The notes: generated by a model not told the origin, from the sequence alone. A stretch of 64,000 nt of DNA from Leptospiraceae bacterium (GCA_040217195.1 JAVJNR010000004.1:832001-896000); one strand, 5' to 3'. Shown: positions 50,365-61,181, counted from the stretch's first letter. Translations and numbers: made by a program.

Positions 50365-50907
50365 ATGATTCGATGGTTAATTTTAATCCCACTCTCCCTG
50401 ACGTTCCTGTCCTGTCAGATATCCAGTCTCACCGAAACTCGATCCATTGGTCTGCGCGAACAAATAGAATTCAATCGCACAGTGACGTATAAGCTATTGG
50501 ATGAAATTGAAAAATCCGGAAAGGCAAGGCAGATTCTGGCCTGGGCTGCTGGCCCCGACCATGCTCCCATAGGCTGGCATTTCATGCATATTGCTTCCAC
50601 CGAAGATAGATTCGCACAAATGCTTCGCCCCGGCCCGCTTGTTTCCGAAGAACTGGCAAATCGTTACAGCAGCGGCAAGCAGGCGACGCGAAATATACCA
50701 AGCCCCGGACAAATTCGCAGATATATGGACGATTCACGTAGCGCATTGCTGGCGGCCATTGATGATTTCGATATGAACCGCTTAAATGAAAAGCCATCCG
50801 ACGAGGCTCCCTTCGATTTTGCAACGATCCTGAAAATACTACCGTTTCATGAGGCCCATCATCAGGGTCAGGCCCATGCCACATTCAATCTGTGGAAAGA
50901 TAAATAG
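50365..50907 (+). CDS. DinB family protein with lipoprotein signal
   Basis: MIRWLILIPLSLTFLSC; IGWHFMHIA and HEAHHQGQ motifs. Confidence 0.78.
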   Translation: MIRWLILIPLSLTFLSCQISSLTETRSIGLREQIEFNRTVTYKLLDEIEKSGKARQILAWAAGPDHAPIGWHFMHIASTEDRFAQMLRPGPLVSEELANRYSSGKQATRNIPSPGQIRRYMDDSRSALLAAIDDFDMNRLNEKPSDEAPFDFATILKILPFHEAHHQGQAHATFNLWKDK

Positions 50908-50952
50908 ACCGGGCGATTGAGCCGGGAAAGCCCGGAAACGAATTTCAGTACA

Positions 50953-52203
50953 TCATGCTGAATTTCGCTTTCCGGGATTGTTTGGGGCTTTCCATTGTTC
51001 GCTTTGTTCCGTTTCCTGCATTGAGTCCGGAATCTTGCGAGATGTACTGACTCCCATCTTGCGAATCTTTTCCGCTCTGGAAATCAGATTTCCTTTTCCA
51101 TGTTTCAATTGATTCAAGGCGCGATCATAGTGCTCTCGGCTACGATCGATGGAGCGTCCCACCTCTTCGAAGGTACTCACAAAGCCTGCGAATTTGTCGT
51201 AAAGCCGGCCGCCTTCCGCAGCGATTTCCAGGGCAAAGCGGGCCTGCTTTTCCTGTTTCCACATGGATGAAATGGTCCAGAGAGTGGCCATCAATGTGGT
51301 AGGAGTAACTATCATGATTTGTTTATTCCAGGCATACTGAAAAATTGAACCATCCTCGGAGAGTGCAAGAGAGAAGGTTGCCTCAACGGGCATGAAAAGT
51401 ATCACAAAGTCCGGGCTGTTTAAGCTGGCACTTCCCTGGTAATGTCTTGCACTTAATCCATCAATATGGCCTCGAATGGACCGAAGCAGATTCTTCAGAC
51501 TTGATTTACGATCCTCATCGCTTTCTGCCGAAACATAGGCTTCATAGGACTTTAATGAAACCTTGGAATCCACGATTAGATGTTTGTTCTCGGGGAGCTG
51601 AATAATGACATCCGGTCGGATGCGCTTTCCATCTTCGTCAGAAACGGCCAGTGTGCTACCCTGGGTGTAGTATTCCCGGCCCTTCCTTAAGCCAGAATCC
51701 TCCAGGATACGCTCCAGAACAACCTCCCCCCAATTTCCCTGTACTTTGTTTTCCCCTTTCAGAGCCCTGGTGAGTCGCTGCGCTTCGCCGGACATTTGCA
51801 ATCCCAGATTTTCCAGGGATTTTAGTTTTTCAGTCAAACTGACCGTACGTTCCCCTGCCTCACGGTGAGATCTTTCAACCTTATCTTGAAAATCCTTGAT
51901 CCGTTCCTTGAGCGGATTCAGAGCGTTGTCTATGTTTTGCTGATTTTGCTGCAATAGCTGCTGTCCATGTCGATTCAGCATATCCCGGGACAGATTTTGA
52001 AAAGCGTCTGCAAATCGTTTTTCAACGCTGAGGCGTAGGTCTTCCTCGCTTTTGATCCTTCGATTCAATTCGGAGAGATCCACTTCGCGCTTGTAAAGTT
52101 CTGCTTTTAGACCGGAATGCTTCTTCAGTGAGAGTATCCATCCCATCATCAAGCCTATCAGGGCTCCCAGTAAAACTCCAGGGAACAATTCTGCTATGTC
52201 CAT
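50953..52203 (-). CDS. rmuC: DNA recombination protein RmuC
   Basis: QGNWGEVVLE, RPDVII.LP, VDSK, FMPVE and TPTTL motifs; GAGGAG RBS. Confidence 0.93.
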   Translation of the reverse strand: MDIAELFPGVLLGALIGLMMGWILSLKKHSGLKAELYKREVDLSELNRRIKSEEDLRLSVEKRFADAFQNLSRDMLNRHGQQLLQQNQQNIDNALNPLKERIKDFQDKVERSHREAGERTVSLTEKLKSLENLGLQMSGEAQRLTRALKGENKVQGNWGEVVLERILEDSGLRKGREYYTQGSTLAVSDEDGKRIRPDVIIQLPENKHLIVDSKVSLKSYEAYVSAESDEDRKSSLKNLLRSIRGHIDGLSARHYQGSASLNSPDFVILFMPVEATFSLALSEDGSIFQYAWNKQIMIVTPTTLMATLWTISSMWKQEKQARFALEIAAEGGRLYDKFAGFVSTFEEVGRSIDRSREHYDRALNQLKHGKGNLISRAEKIRKMGVSTSRKIPDSMQETEQSEQWKAPNNPGKRNSA

Positions 52204-52318
52204 TTCTCCTCCTCTGATTACCGACGCCGGAGCCGGCCTGCATCCGCAAAGATGCATTCTACATCGGAGGTGTGACAGAATCTATGGTAAGCCAATTGGC
52301 CTGAGGAATGGAGTTGGC

Positions 52319-54997
52319 TCAGCTCCTTTCTGGAAGTAGAATCGAACCTTCAAGGAGCCTTTGAAAATCGGGCGCAGGAACAGGACGACTGAAAAGGTAC
52401 CCCTGTCCCAGCTGGCAGCCCATTTCTACCAGGGCTTCTCGGATCTCCTCCGTTTCAATTCCTTCAGCGACTACGTCAGCATTAAGGGCCCGGGCCAGCC
52501 CCAGAACCGTTCGCACAATTTCCATGCTTGAAGGATTGAGAACATGTCGCACAAAGGCCTGATCAATCTTTATTTCATGAAAGGGATACTTCTGCAGATA
52601 CTGCAAGGATGAGTATCCTGTGCCAAAGTCATCCAGGGAAAGGCGGATTCCCATTGCCTGCAATGCACTTAGCTGCTCTCGCAGAAGGGGAGACTCCTGC
52701 TCAAAAACGCTCTCTGTAATCTCCAGGGAAATGAATTCAGGCGATACATCGTATATCTTTAGAAGATCATTTAATCTTTCTGGGAAATCGCCGCTGCGAA
52801 ACTGTACAAGTGAAATGTTAATTGCAACCGGGACTATTTCAAGAGCGCTGGCCTGCCATCTGGCTACCTGGGCTACGATGTTTTCCAGGATCCAATCTCC
52901 CAGCTGAGAAATAAGCTGACTCTTCTCTGCCACTGGAATAAAGACTGCCGGGGATTGCATTCCTCTCTCTGGATGATTCCATCGAATCAACGCTTCTGCG
53001 CTGAAGATTTTTCCAGAATTCAGATCAACCTTGGGCTGATAATACATTTCAAACTCATCCAGGGTCAGCGCCTTTCTGATTTCCCGGGTAAGTTCAATTC
53101 GCTGCCTGGTCAGTTCGCTAAGCTCGTCCGTATACCCTTTTAGTGTGCGCCCAGTTTCTTCGCGCACTCGAAACAAAGCAAGTTCAGCCTCCCGGAGCAT
53201 TTCCTCCATGGAACGCACTCTTCGCCCCAGAACCGTATATCCAAAACGAACGTTCACCGAAATCTCAAGATCATCCAGAACAAAAGGGGCAGAAAGAGCC
53301 ATGGCCAGATCCTTCACTGCTTCTTCCGGAGTTTCGGATTCATCCAGGACCAGATAGAGCACAAATTCATCGCCACCAGTCCTTCCGGCCAGTCCTCGAT
53401 CCCCTGCCTGCTCCCTTAGACGATGCCCCAGTGAAAATAAGAATGCATCCCCCACATCATATCCATGGACATCATTGATATCTCGCATGGCCATGATATC
53501 CATTACAATGACCAGTGCATGCCGAATCCATCCAATACGATCCATGCGAAATTTCATACTCCGGACGAAACCAATACGAGACGGAAGTCCGGTGGCCGGA
53601 TCCTGAAAAGCAAGCCGGCTGAGTTCCAACTCTGCCATTTTTCGCTTGGTTATGTCGATATGCATTACTACTGCGCCGTGGCTTCCATTCGGATCTCCAG
53701 GAAGCAGTTTTCCGACTGTCATCTTAAACCACTGCAGTTCCTGCCTGGAATGAGCTGGATACTCCATAGAAAAACTGCGCTGTTGCCCGGTGAGCACAGA
53801 GCGAAGCCCTTTTACCAGCGCCTCAGCTTCCGCCGGAGCATCGTTTCGGGTAGTAGCACATAATGCAGGGTAGTTTCTACCCACCGGAAATTCCACGCCC
53901 GAGTATCCCTTCCCTTTTGAGAACTGCTGCCATTGCTCATTCGTTTCCAGAATCTGGCCTGCATCGTCCAGCAATGCAATATGAGCTGGAAGTGAGTTAA
54001 TAATAGACCTGCGAGAGGCTAGCAGATGAGAGAGGTTTTCATTTGATCTTTTAAGATCTTCATCCTGAATTCGCAACGCTTCCTGTTGATCTCGAATCTT
54101 TCTGGTGCGCGCTCTAACTCGCATCTCAACAAGCATCAAACCGCCAATCAATATCACAGTAGCTGCGAGCAATCCACCGATAACCCATTTGAGCCAGGGT
54201 GGTAGTTCCGGGCTGTCATTTCCAGGAACACCCAGCCATTTACCCTGGAGAATGTAGAAATTTGAGTTGAGGTCCTGTTTACGTATTTTCAGTGATGCGT
54301 CGAAATGAGCCTTTAATTCTCGAGAGAATCGGGAGTTTGGTGCGAAAGCGAAGCGAAGGTCAGCTGGCTGAAATAGAATTGGAGTCCGGAGAATATGAAA
54401 CTTTTCTTCCATCCTGTTTCCAAAGTCGCGATTGGTCACGGCTGCATCCACGGAACCATCCTCCAGTGCGCGAAACACAGATGCATAGTCCGACATAGGA
54501 ACTATCTCAGCTTCTACAGCAAAATTCTTTAGAAGCATTCGCAAACCTTCCGGTCCTTCCAGGTTAATACTACCGGAAAGTGCAGCGATGCGTTTACCCT
54601 GCAAATCGGGAATGGATTGAATTCTCTGACCCGGCGCTGCATAAATCCTGGACCAGCTGACGTGAACCGTTTCATCCCCCAATAGGATCCTTTTCTTTCT
54701 GTCCGGAGTAACAGCCACATCTACCATCAAATCGATTTCGCCTTTCTCCAGACGTTCCAGGGTTTCTTCCCAGGTTCCGTGAATCCATTCAATAGTATAA
54801 TCTCCATCTCTGGCAATGGATCGAGTCAGATCGGGCCAGAACCCGGCGGCCTGCCCGGCATCATTAACAAACACTTTAGGTGGATTGCTATAGATTCCTA
54901 CGCGAATCCTGGATCCCTCAGCCTGCAGATGATTGGAAAGCACAATCAAAGCGAAGCAAAAAATGAGAGGAATAGCCCGGAAACGTCTCACCCACAT
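52319..54997 (-). CDS. Periplasmic-binding domain-TM-PAS-GGDEF-EAL protein
   Basis: SBP_bac_3-like N-terminus, TM helix, PAS, GRTGGDEF, EALIRW and DDFGTGYSS; start approximate. Confidence 0.9.
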   Translation of the reverse strand: MWVRRFRAIPLIFCFALIVLSNHLQAEGSRIRVGIYSNPPKVFVNDAGQAAGFWPDLTRSIARDGDYTIEWIHGTWEETLERLEKGEIDLMVDVAVTPDRKKRILLGDETVHVSWSRIYAAPGQRIQSIPDLQGKRIAALSGSINLEGPEGLRMLLKNFAVEAEIVPMSDYASVFRALEDGSVDAAVTNRDFGNRMEEKFHILRTPILFQPADLRFAFAPNSRFSRELKAHFDASLKIRKQDLNSNFYILQGKWLGVPGNDSPELPPWLKWVIGGLLAATVILIGGLMLVEMRVRARTRKIRDQQEALRIQDEDLKRSNENLSHLLASRRSIINSLPAHIALLDDAGQILETNEQWQQFSKGKGYSGVEFPVGRNYPALCATTRNDAPAEAEALVKGLRSVLTGQQRSFSMEYPAHSRQELQWFKMTVGKLLPGDPNGSHGAVVMHIDITKRKMAELELSRLAFQDPATGLPSRIGFVRSMKFRMDRIGWIRHALVIVMDIMAMRDINDVHGYDVGDAFLFSLGHRLREQAGDRGLAGRTGGDEFVLYLVLDESETPEEAVKDLAMALSAPFVLDDLEISVNVRFGYTVLGRRVRSMEEMLREAELALFRVREETGRTLKGYTDELSELTRQRIELTREIRKALTLDEFEMYYQPKVDLNSGKIFSAEALIRWNHPERGMQSPAVFIPVAEKSQLISQLGDWILENIVAQVARWQASALEIVPVAINISLVQFRSGDFPERLNDLLKIYDVSPEFISLEITESVFEQESPLLREQLSALQAMGIRLSLDDFGTGYSSLQYLQKYPFHEIKIDQAFVRHVLNPSSMEIVRTVLGLARALNADVVAEGIETEEIREALVEMGCQLGQGYLFSRPVPAPDFQRLLEGSILLPERS

Positions 54998-55082
54998 ACC
55001 CCGGTAAACCAGAGGGAAATTTCCACGGCATAATGATGGGAATTGCAAGAGCTGGAATAGATGATTTCTGCCATCCTGACCA

Positions 55083-55667
55083 CTAATCTGAAGTCATGGT
55101 TCTAAGATTCAAGCTATTCCGACTCCAATTCCAGAATCCGGCGGTAGCAAGAAATAAAAATACAGCGTAAAGCCCGGCTGTGGGATACAGTCCTTTGTAA
55201 TAATAGACTCCAATAGCCACCACATCCACTGCGATCCAGAATAACCAGCTTTCCAGCTTCTTTCTGGTTAATAGCCATTGAGCCATCAAACTGGCCATGG
55301 TAGTAAATGCATCCCAGTAGGGCAAAGCGGCATCTGTGTAGTGCTCCATACCCAGTCCCCAGAAAAAGGTAGCCAGGAAAGTCATAACCACGGCGAGCCC
55401 GGAACCGACGCCAGATAATCGCGATACTGAGAGATTTTCATGCATGGGCCCTCCGAACATCCAGCTGTACCATCCGTAGAACTGCAGAAAAATATAGATA
55501 ATATGAAGTACAAAATCCGAATAGAGTTTTGCCTGATAGAAGATCCAGACATAGAGAGAAACCTGTATCAGCCCCAGAGGCCAGCACCAGATGTTCTCTC
55601 GAACGGTGAGCCATACACAGAGCAGGCCAGAAACCACAGCCAGCCATTCAATCCAGCTCATTTCCAT
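55083..55667 (-). CDS. pnuC: Nicotinamide riboside transporter PnuC
   Basis: YGWYSW, PYWDAFTT and ESWLFWIAVD motifs. Confidence 0.9.
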   Translation of the reverse strand: MEMSWIEWLAVVSGLLCVWLTVRENIWCWPLGLIQVSLYVWIFYQAKLYSDFVLHIIYIFLQFYGWYSWMFGGPMHENLSVSRLSGVGSGLAVVMTFLATFFWGLGMEHYTDAALPYWDAFTTMASLMAQWLLTRKKLESWLFWIAVDVVAIGVYYYKGLYPTAGLYAVFLFLATAGFWNWSRNSLNLRTMTSD

Positions 55668-57454
55668 TATTCAGGTTTACTCACAGCTTCCCCGGCCTGC
55701 ACACTCCAGAGATCTGCGTAATCACCATTCCGGGCTACTAGCTGCTCATGACTGCCCTCTTCCGTTAGCTGACCATTCTTGATTAGAAGAATACGATGGG
55801 CTGCCCGAATTGTAGATAGTCTGTGGGCAATGATCAATGAAGTTCGGCCCCGGGTCAGTCGATCCAGATTGGCCTGGATGGCTCGCTCGGTTTCCGTATC
55901 CACCGAGCTTGTGGCCTCATCCAGAATGAGAATCGGCGCATCCTTTACGATGGCCCGTGCAATACTCAATCTCTGCCGTTGGCCTCCAGACAATTTGATG
56001 CCCCTTTCTCCTACTATGGTATCGTAGCCGTCTGGAAGAGTTTCTACAAAATCATGAAAACTGGCCATACCGGATGCACTTTGAACCTTTTCCAGGTACA
56101 TGGCACGATTCTTTTCCAGATCCCCATGACTGACAGAGCCGTAGAGAATGTTTTCCAGAATCGATCCGTGGAACAAATATACATCCTGGCTGACCAGGGC
56201 AATGTTACGCCTCAAAGTGCGAATATCCCAGCTTCGTAAATCGTGGCCATCCAGAGTGACAGAACCGGCCGTTGGATCGTATAACCGGAGTAGCAATTTG
56301 ATTAGAGTAGACTTACCGGAGCCGGTGGGTCCCGCTATGCCTATGGTCTCCCCGGGACGAACCGAAAAAGAAAGCCCTCGAAGAACCTCAATTCCACGAT
56401 CATATTTGAAATGTACGTTCTGTAAAGCGATGGCACCCTGAGCAGAATCTACTTTTATTGGATCTGCAGGATTCTGAATTCCGGACTGGCTATCCACCAG
56501 GCCGAATACTCGCTGGGCGGAAACAGAAGCCCTTTCATACTCATCAAAAGTGCGACCCATCTGAGTCAGGGGCCATAGCAATCTTTGAACCATCATGGAA
56601 AATAGTACCAGCTCACCCACTGTGAGTATCCCCGAACCATCCAGAATCCAGTAACTTCCCAGAAGCAAAACCCCTCCGAAGCCCACGGCCACAGCCATGC
56701 GAATTACAGGTACATACAGTGCGCTCAGTTTAATGGCATTGAAATTCGCTTTGCGATATTCATTGGAGACTCCATGCAATCTCTCTGATTCAAACTCTTC
56801 GGCGGTAAAACTCTTTATTACAAGAATTCCGCTCAGGTTGTTTTCCAGCCGACTGCTAAGACGGGCCACAGCTTCACGAACCTTACGATACCTGGGAGAG
56901 ATCAGTCTCTGATAGATCAAACTGCCAGCAATGATCACCGGCAATGGCGCAAGCCCCACAAGAGCCAGCTCCCATGAAATGGAGAAAAGCACAGATCCGG
57001 CAAAGATAAACAATGTGGCCAGCTGAATGAGATCATTGAAGCCGTTGTTCAGAAATCGCTCCAGCTGATTTACATCATCGTTCAGGATGGCCATGGTCTC
57101 TCCCACCCTGTGATTTTCGAAAAATGCAATCTCCCTTCGCTGCAGTCTATCATATGCATCGATTCGCAGGGAATGCTGTAGATTTTGAGCCAGCGTCAGG
57201 AAACCATATTGATACATCCACTGGAACAGACTTTCAAAAAAGAAGATGAGTACAGCCAGCAATGCCAGAAAGGATGCACGCTCAAACGGATCGCCTGGAG
57301 GCATCCAGTCCGGAGGATTGCCCTGCAAAGAATCAATGACCCAGCCTACAAGCAACGGTGGCATTAGATCCAGGACTTTATTGGAAATGCTGGAGCTAAT
57401 GGAAAAGCTCAGACGACCGGAATAGGATTTGAGGTATTGCAGAAGACGTAGCAC
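55667..57454 (-). CDS. ABC exporter (fused TMD-NBD)
   Basis: GPTGSGKST, LSGGQRQR, ILDEATS and IAHRLST motifs. Confidence 0.95.
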   Translation of the reverse strand: MLRLLQYLKSYSGRLSFSISSSISNKVLDLMPPLLVGWVIDSLQGNPPDWMPPGDPFERASFLALLAVLIFFFESLFQWMYQYGFLTLAQNLQHSLRIDAYDRLQRREIAFFENHRVGETMAILNDDVNQLERFLNNGFNDLIQLATLFIFAGSVLFSISWELALVGLAPLPVIIAGSLIYQRLISPRYRKVREAVARLSSRLENNLSGILVIKSFTAEEFESERLHGVSNEYRKANFNAIKLSALYVPVIRMAVAVGFGGVLLLGSYWILDGSGILTVGELVLFSMMVQRLLWPLTQMGRTFDEYERASVSAQRVFGLVDSQSGIQNPADPIKVDSAQGAIALQNVHFKYDRGIEVLRGLSFSVRPGETIGIAGPTGSGKSTLIKLLLRLYDPTAGSVTLDGHDLRSWDIRTLRRNIALVSQDVYLFHGSILENILYGSVSHGDLEKNRAMYLEKVQSASGMASFHDFVETLPDGYDTIVGERGIKLSGGQRQRLSIARAIVKDAPILILDEATSSVDTETERAIQANLDRLTRGRTSLIIAHRLSTIRAAHRILLIKNGQLTEEGSHEQLVARNGDYADLWSVQAGEAVSKPE

Positions 57455-57545
57455 TGAGTCAAAAAAGCAAAGCCGTCCAGGGTTGCCAATGCAAGTTCTG
57501 TTTTACAGATATGCTATGAAATCCAGCTTCTTCCAGGGAAACCAT

Positions 57546-58004
57546 ATGCGAATATTCAGAGAGTTCAAAGAATTCGCCGTGAAAGGCAATGCGGTGGAAA
57601 TGGCCATCGGGATAATGCTTGGAGCTGCCTTCACATCGGTGGTCAAAAGCCTTGTAAGCGACATACTCATGCCACCGCTGGGATTGATGCTTGGAGGTGT
57701 GGACTTTTCAAATCTTTACTGGGTATTGAGCCAGGGAAAAAACCCGGGTCCTTATGCAACCCTGGCCCTGGCCCAGAAGGAAGGCGCCGTAACAATAAAC
57801 TATGGAGTCTTTATCAATTCAGCTCTGAGTTTCTTAATTGTGGCCATCGTACTTTTTTTTGTAATACGTACTATGAATGGTCTGCGCCGAGAAGAAGAGC
57901 CAGCCACGGCCAGTGCAGCACCCTGTCCTGAATGCCGTCAATCCATCTCTCTGGAGGCTACGCGGTGTCCTTATTGTACCTCCAGAATCAAACGATCCAA
58001 ATAG
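57546..58004 (+). CDS. mscL: Large-conductance mechanosensitive channel with C-terminal zinc-ribbon
   Basis: EFKEFAVKGNAVEMAIG, SLVSDILMP and YGVFI motifs; CPEC..CPYC tail. Confidence 0.93.
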   Translation: MRIFREFKEFAVKGNAVEMAIGIMLGAAFTSVVKSLVSDILMPPLGLMLGGVDFSNLYWVLSQGKNPGPYATLALAQKEGAVTINYGVFINSALSFLIVAIVLFFVIRTMNGLRREEEPATASAAPCPECRQSISLEATRCPYCTSRIKRSK

Positions 58005-58042
58005 CCGAAGATATCTGACATTCACAGGGCAGGATCGAACAA

Positions 58043-60124
58043 TTATCCGTAATAAATTGTGAGCAAGGAAAGGTCATCGGTAACCTCTCCCATCTTCTGA
58101 ATCGCTTTGCGAATCCGCACCGGATCACCATCGTATTCAGCCAGAAGTCTCAGGAACAATCCTTCATCCGAATTACGATTTTCTTTTCCATCTGTGTCAG
58201 TGAAAATTAAATCGTCCTTTCCGTCGGAGCCCATGCAAAGCGCATCTCCAGCCGAAAGCTCTATGAGATTCACTTCCGGTTCAATTTCAGGTAAGGCCAG
58301 GCCCAGCTTGGTAGTCAGTTTTTGCTCTGGAAAACTGGCCTCCCCTTTTCGCAATAGTGCAAGGTATGGATGCTCGCAATTAATATAGAAGACTTTGCCT
58401 GATTTCTCTTCAATTAACCCCAGAAGCATGGTAGTCATCATGCTGCCTTCAAAGGAAAGAAATACACGATTCATCTCCCTGAAGGCCTCCCGCAACCAGG
58501 TTTCCGGTCTACGATTTGCGTCCGAAGATGTGAGCCTGGTGCGCTCCACAGCAGAACCAAATGATGTGCCCAGAACCACCGCCCCGCCGGCTCCCTGCAT
58601 GGATTTACCCATGGCATCTCCGTTCACAAAGGCAACGTACTGGCGTCCCTGCAGTTCCACTTCACGCGCCAGACAAACATCACCTCCGATGGAAGCCTGT
58701 TTTCCCCGGTACTCGAAATTCTTCTTTTGCTGCACGTCCATTGCTATTCGAATTCTTCCTGATTCAAGTTCCTGTGGTCGCAATGGATGCATCAATAATG
58801 AGATCAGAAAATAGTCACCATCCTGCTTTTCCTTGAGAATTCGCACTTCCCGCAATGTTCGATCCAGGCTGGCAGTTCTCTTTTGAACCTTTTCCTCCAG
58901 GCTGTGGGAATACTCCTGCAGTTGGCGATGCGTATCCGTGTATCGCAGATACAGGATGCTTCCAAGGGAAACCTGAAACCCAAGGAATCCCCAGGTCACC
59001 GCTTGAAAAGGCCAGGCGATCAATCCCAGAGCACCAAGCATATCGTATATGGCGCAAATCATCAAAGTAGTCAGTCCCAGCAGAATTAGGCGCGCTTCCC
59101 GGTTCTTTTGAAATGCCTGAACAACAATGACTGCTGAAATCCCCAGGGAGGAAAGCAGCGTTATATAAAAAAATGGATAGAGCAATTTGTAAAGAGGCAG
59201 ACCAGACAGGTGCAGAAATACAGCCAGGACCAGATAGGCACCGAGTGTTAATGTGATCCATTTTACCGTTCGCGAAGAAGGAAGAGCCTGCCACATGAAT
59301 GCTCCAAAGGCCAGGGGTGATAGACCCAGAGAAATATGTTCCAGATACATCCAGAACACCGGAGCATCCGCCAGAAGATGCTGAAGCTCCACTGTGCGAT
59401 TGCTTATTACGTAGATGCCGCATGGCAAAGCGAAAAAACCAAAGGCTCCAGGCAATCGCTGGGAACGATTCCTGAAGTAAAGAATCAGTGCAAACACAGA
59501 AGCGACACAGAATAGAAAGCCCAGGCAGATTCTTGCCAGGTCCTTTCTAATAATTCTATTTACGAAATAACCGCGCTCCCCCAGTGCAAGAGAATTGGCC
59601 GGGGAACTTACAGCAATAGATAGAGTTTCAGAAAATACCAGAGCATAGATTCTTTTTCCCTGAAGGTCAGGCGGAAGAGAAACTATGTGATTGGGCCAGC
59701 CATTGAATCCCTTTTGCCCCAGTTCTGGCTTACCGAAGCTGTAGAACTCCTGGAGGCCGGATTCGCGAAGAACAAAAAGCCGAATGCTCTGATTTACAAG
59801 AGGCGAATACAAAACAGGATCGCGGTAGTCAACTGCCGGAAGCTCGGGGGAGCGAAACCATACAGATTTTGCCTCCCAGCCCAGCATGTAGGGTCCTCGA
59901 GGAAGAGAGATTTGAGGTCTTCCATCGGAAATGGCCTTAAATTCGGAGTCCGCCGGAACAGCGAAGTCAGAATACTTATTGTCTTTCGAATAAGAAGTGC
60001 CGGTTACCGGTGCATAGCTCCATCCATCCGAAAACGATTGAGACTGTTGAATCGTCCTTGGCTCCTGGCATGCTGAAGATAGGGTTGTACTAAAAATGAG
60101 TATTGGAAGCCAGTAACGAAGCAC
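58043..60124 (-). CDS. 7TM sensor SpoIIE/PP2C-type phosphatase
   Basis: Extracellular domain, about 7 TM, QDGDY, GGD, GDAMGKS, SDG..D and DDLS; GTG start approximate. Confidence 0.87.
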   Translation of the reverse strand: MLRYWLPILIFSTTLSSACQEPRTIQQSQSFSDGWSYAPVTGTSYSKDNKYSDFAVPADSEFKAISDGRPQISLPRGPYMLGWEAKSVWFRSPELPAVDYRDPVLYSPLVNQSIRLFVLRESGLQEFYSFGKPELGQKGFNGWPNHIVSLPPDLQGKRIYALVFSETLSIAVSSPANSLALGERGYFVNRIIRKDLARICLGFLFCVASVFALILYFRNRSQRLPGAFGFFALPCGIYVISNRTVELQHLLADAPVFWMYLEHISLGLSPLAFGAFMWQALPSSRTVKWITLTLGAYLVLAVFLHLSGLPLYKLLYPFFYITLLSSLGISAVIVVQAFQKNREARLILLGLTTLMICAIYDMLGALGLIAWPFQAVTWGFLGFQVSLGSILYLRYTDTHRQLQEYSHSLEEKVQKRTASLDRTLREVRILKEKQDGDYFLISLLMHPLRPQELESGRIRIAMDVQQKKNFEYRGKQASIGGDVCLAREVELQGRQYVAFVNGDAMGKSMQGAGGAVVLGTSFGSAVERTRLTSSDANRRPETWLREAFREMNRVFLSFEGSMMTTMLLGLIEEKSGKVFYINCEHPYLALLRKGEASFPEQKLTTKLGLALPEIEPEVNLIELSAGDALCMGSDGKDDLIFTDTDGKENRNSDEGLFLRLLAEYDGDPVRIRKAIQKMGEVTDDLSLLTIYYG

Positions 60125-60191
60125 AGGCCGAGCTTTTCGTATTCTGGCGAGAATTACAAGCAAATCCCGGACCAGGGAAGCCAGGAGCGAT

Positions 60192-60533
60192 ATGAACCAG
60201 GACGAAAAAGATGAGTTCAAAGAAAAAGCCACAGAAGAGATTGCGCGCCTGGCGGACGATATCAAGCACCTGGAAAATGATACCCAGCCAATTTCTCCGG
60301 ATGTTTCTCTGGGACGGCTCACTCGAATGGATGCCATCCAGAACAAAAGCGTGGCAGAAGCGAATTTGAATGCAGCTCGTAGCAGACTAAAAAGAATTGA
60401 GTCCAGACTCCAGAAGTTAGATTCGCCAGACTTTCAAAGTTGCATCAACTGCGGCCAGGAGATTCCCATGGCGCGAATTCTCTATTTGCTGGATACAAAC
60501 ACTTGCCTGGGATGCGCATCAGCGGAGTACTGA
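60192..60533 (+). CDS. TraR/DksA C4 zinc-finger protein
   Basis: GRLTRMDAIQ and CINCGQEIPMAR..CLGC; AGGAG RBS. Confidence 0.88.
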   Translation: MNQDEKDEFKEKATEEIARLADDIKHLENDTQPISPDVSLGRLTRMDAIQNKSVAEANLNAARSRLKRIESRLQKLDSPDFQSCINCGQEIPMARILYLLDTNTCLGCASAEY

Positions 60534-60542
60534 GAATCTTCT

Positions 60543-60977
60543 ATGACCGCGAACGAAGCCAGTATCAGACCATTTCGCCACTCTGACCGATACGCGGTCC
60601 GGAAACTCTGGGAAAAGTCTGAACTGCTGCGCCCCTGGAATGATCCGGATGCAGATATTGATCGAAAGGTCAAAGTGAACCCGGAGCTTTTTCTTGTAGC
60701 TGTCCTGAATGAAAAACTGGTAGGTACTGTGATGGGCGGTTATGAGGGGCACCGCGGATGGATCAATTATTTGGCCACGGATCCAGACTATCGCAACCGT
60801 GGAATAGCACGCAAACTACTGGAGCACCTGGAGGCACAACTATTAGAAAGGGGATGTCCTAAAATCAACCTGCAGATTCGCGAAGACAATCAAGAAATGC
60901 GTGCTTTCTATGAACGCATGGGTTATAACCAGGATCCGGCAATATCGATGGGAAAACGATTAATTAAAGATAATTAA
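60543..60977 (+). CDS. GNAT acetyltransferase (YpeA-like)
   Basis: MGGYEGHRGWINYLA..RNRGIA and GCPKINLQIR motifs. Confidence 0.9.
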   Translation: MTANEASIRPFRHSDRYAVRKLWEKSELLRPWNDPDADIDRKVKVNPELFLVAVLNEKLVGTVMGGYEGHRGWINYLATDPDYRNRGIARKLLEHLEAQLLERGCPKINLQIREDNQEMRAFYERMGYNQDPAISMGKRLIKDN

Positions 60978-61181
60978 ATCCCTTCCCAGGAGAATGGATG
61001 ATATCGGGACGCTCCCATTGGAGATGCATTGCGTTTCCAGAAACAGACCTGGAGCGACGAACGATTCATAGATTTTGTAATATTTGTAGCTGCAATAGGT
61101 TCTGGCTAGAACTCTAAAGAAGATCTTGCACATATTCGCCTGTTTCATGTCTCTGGATAGATCCAAAAAAGGAACTATCGC

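Noticed and set aside
60125..60346. N-terminal extension of the SpoIIE ORF
   Set aside because: Antisense to the TraR/DksA gene, which has its own RBS
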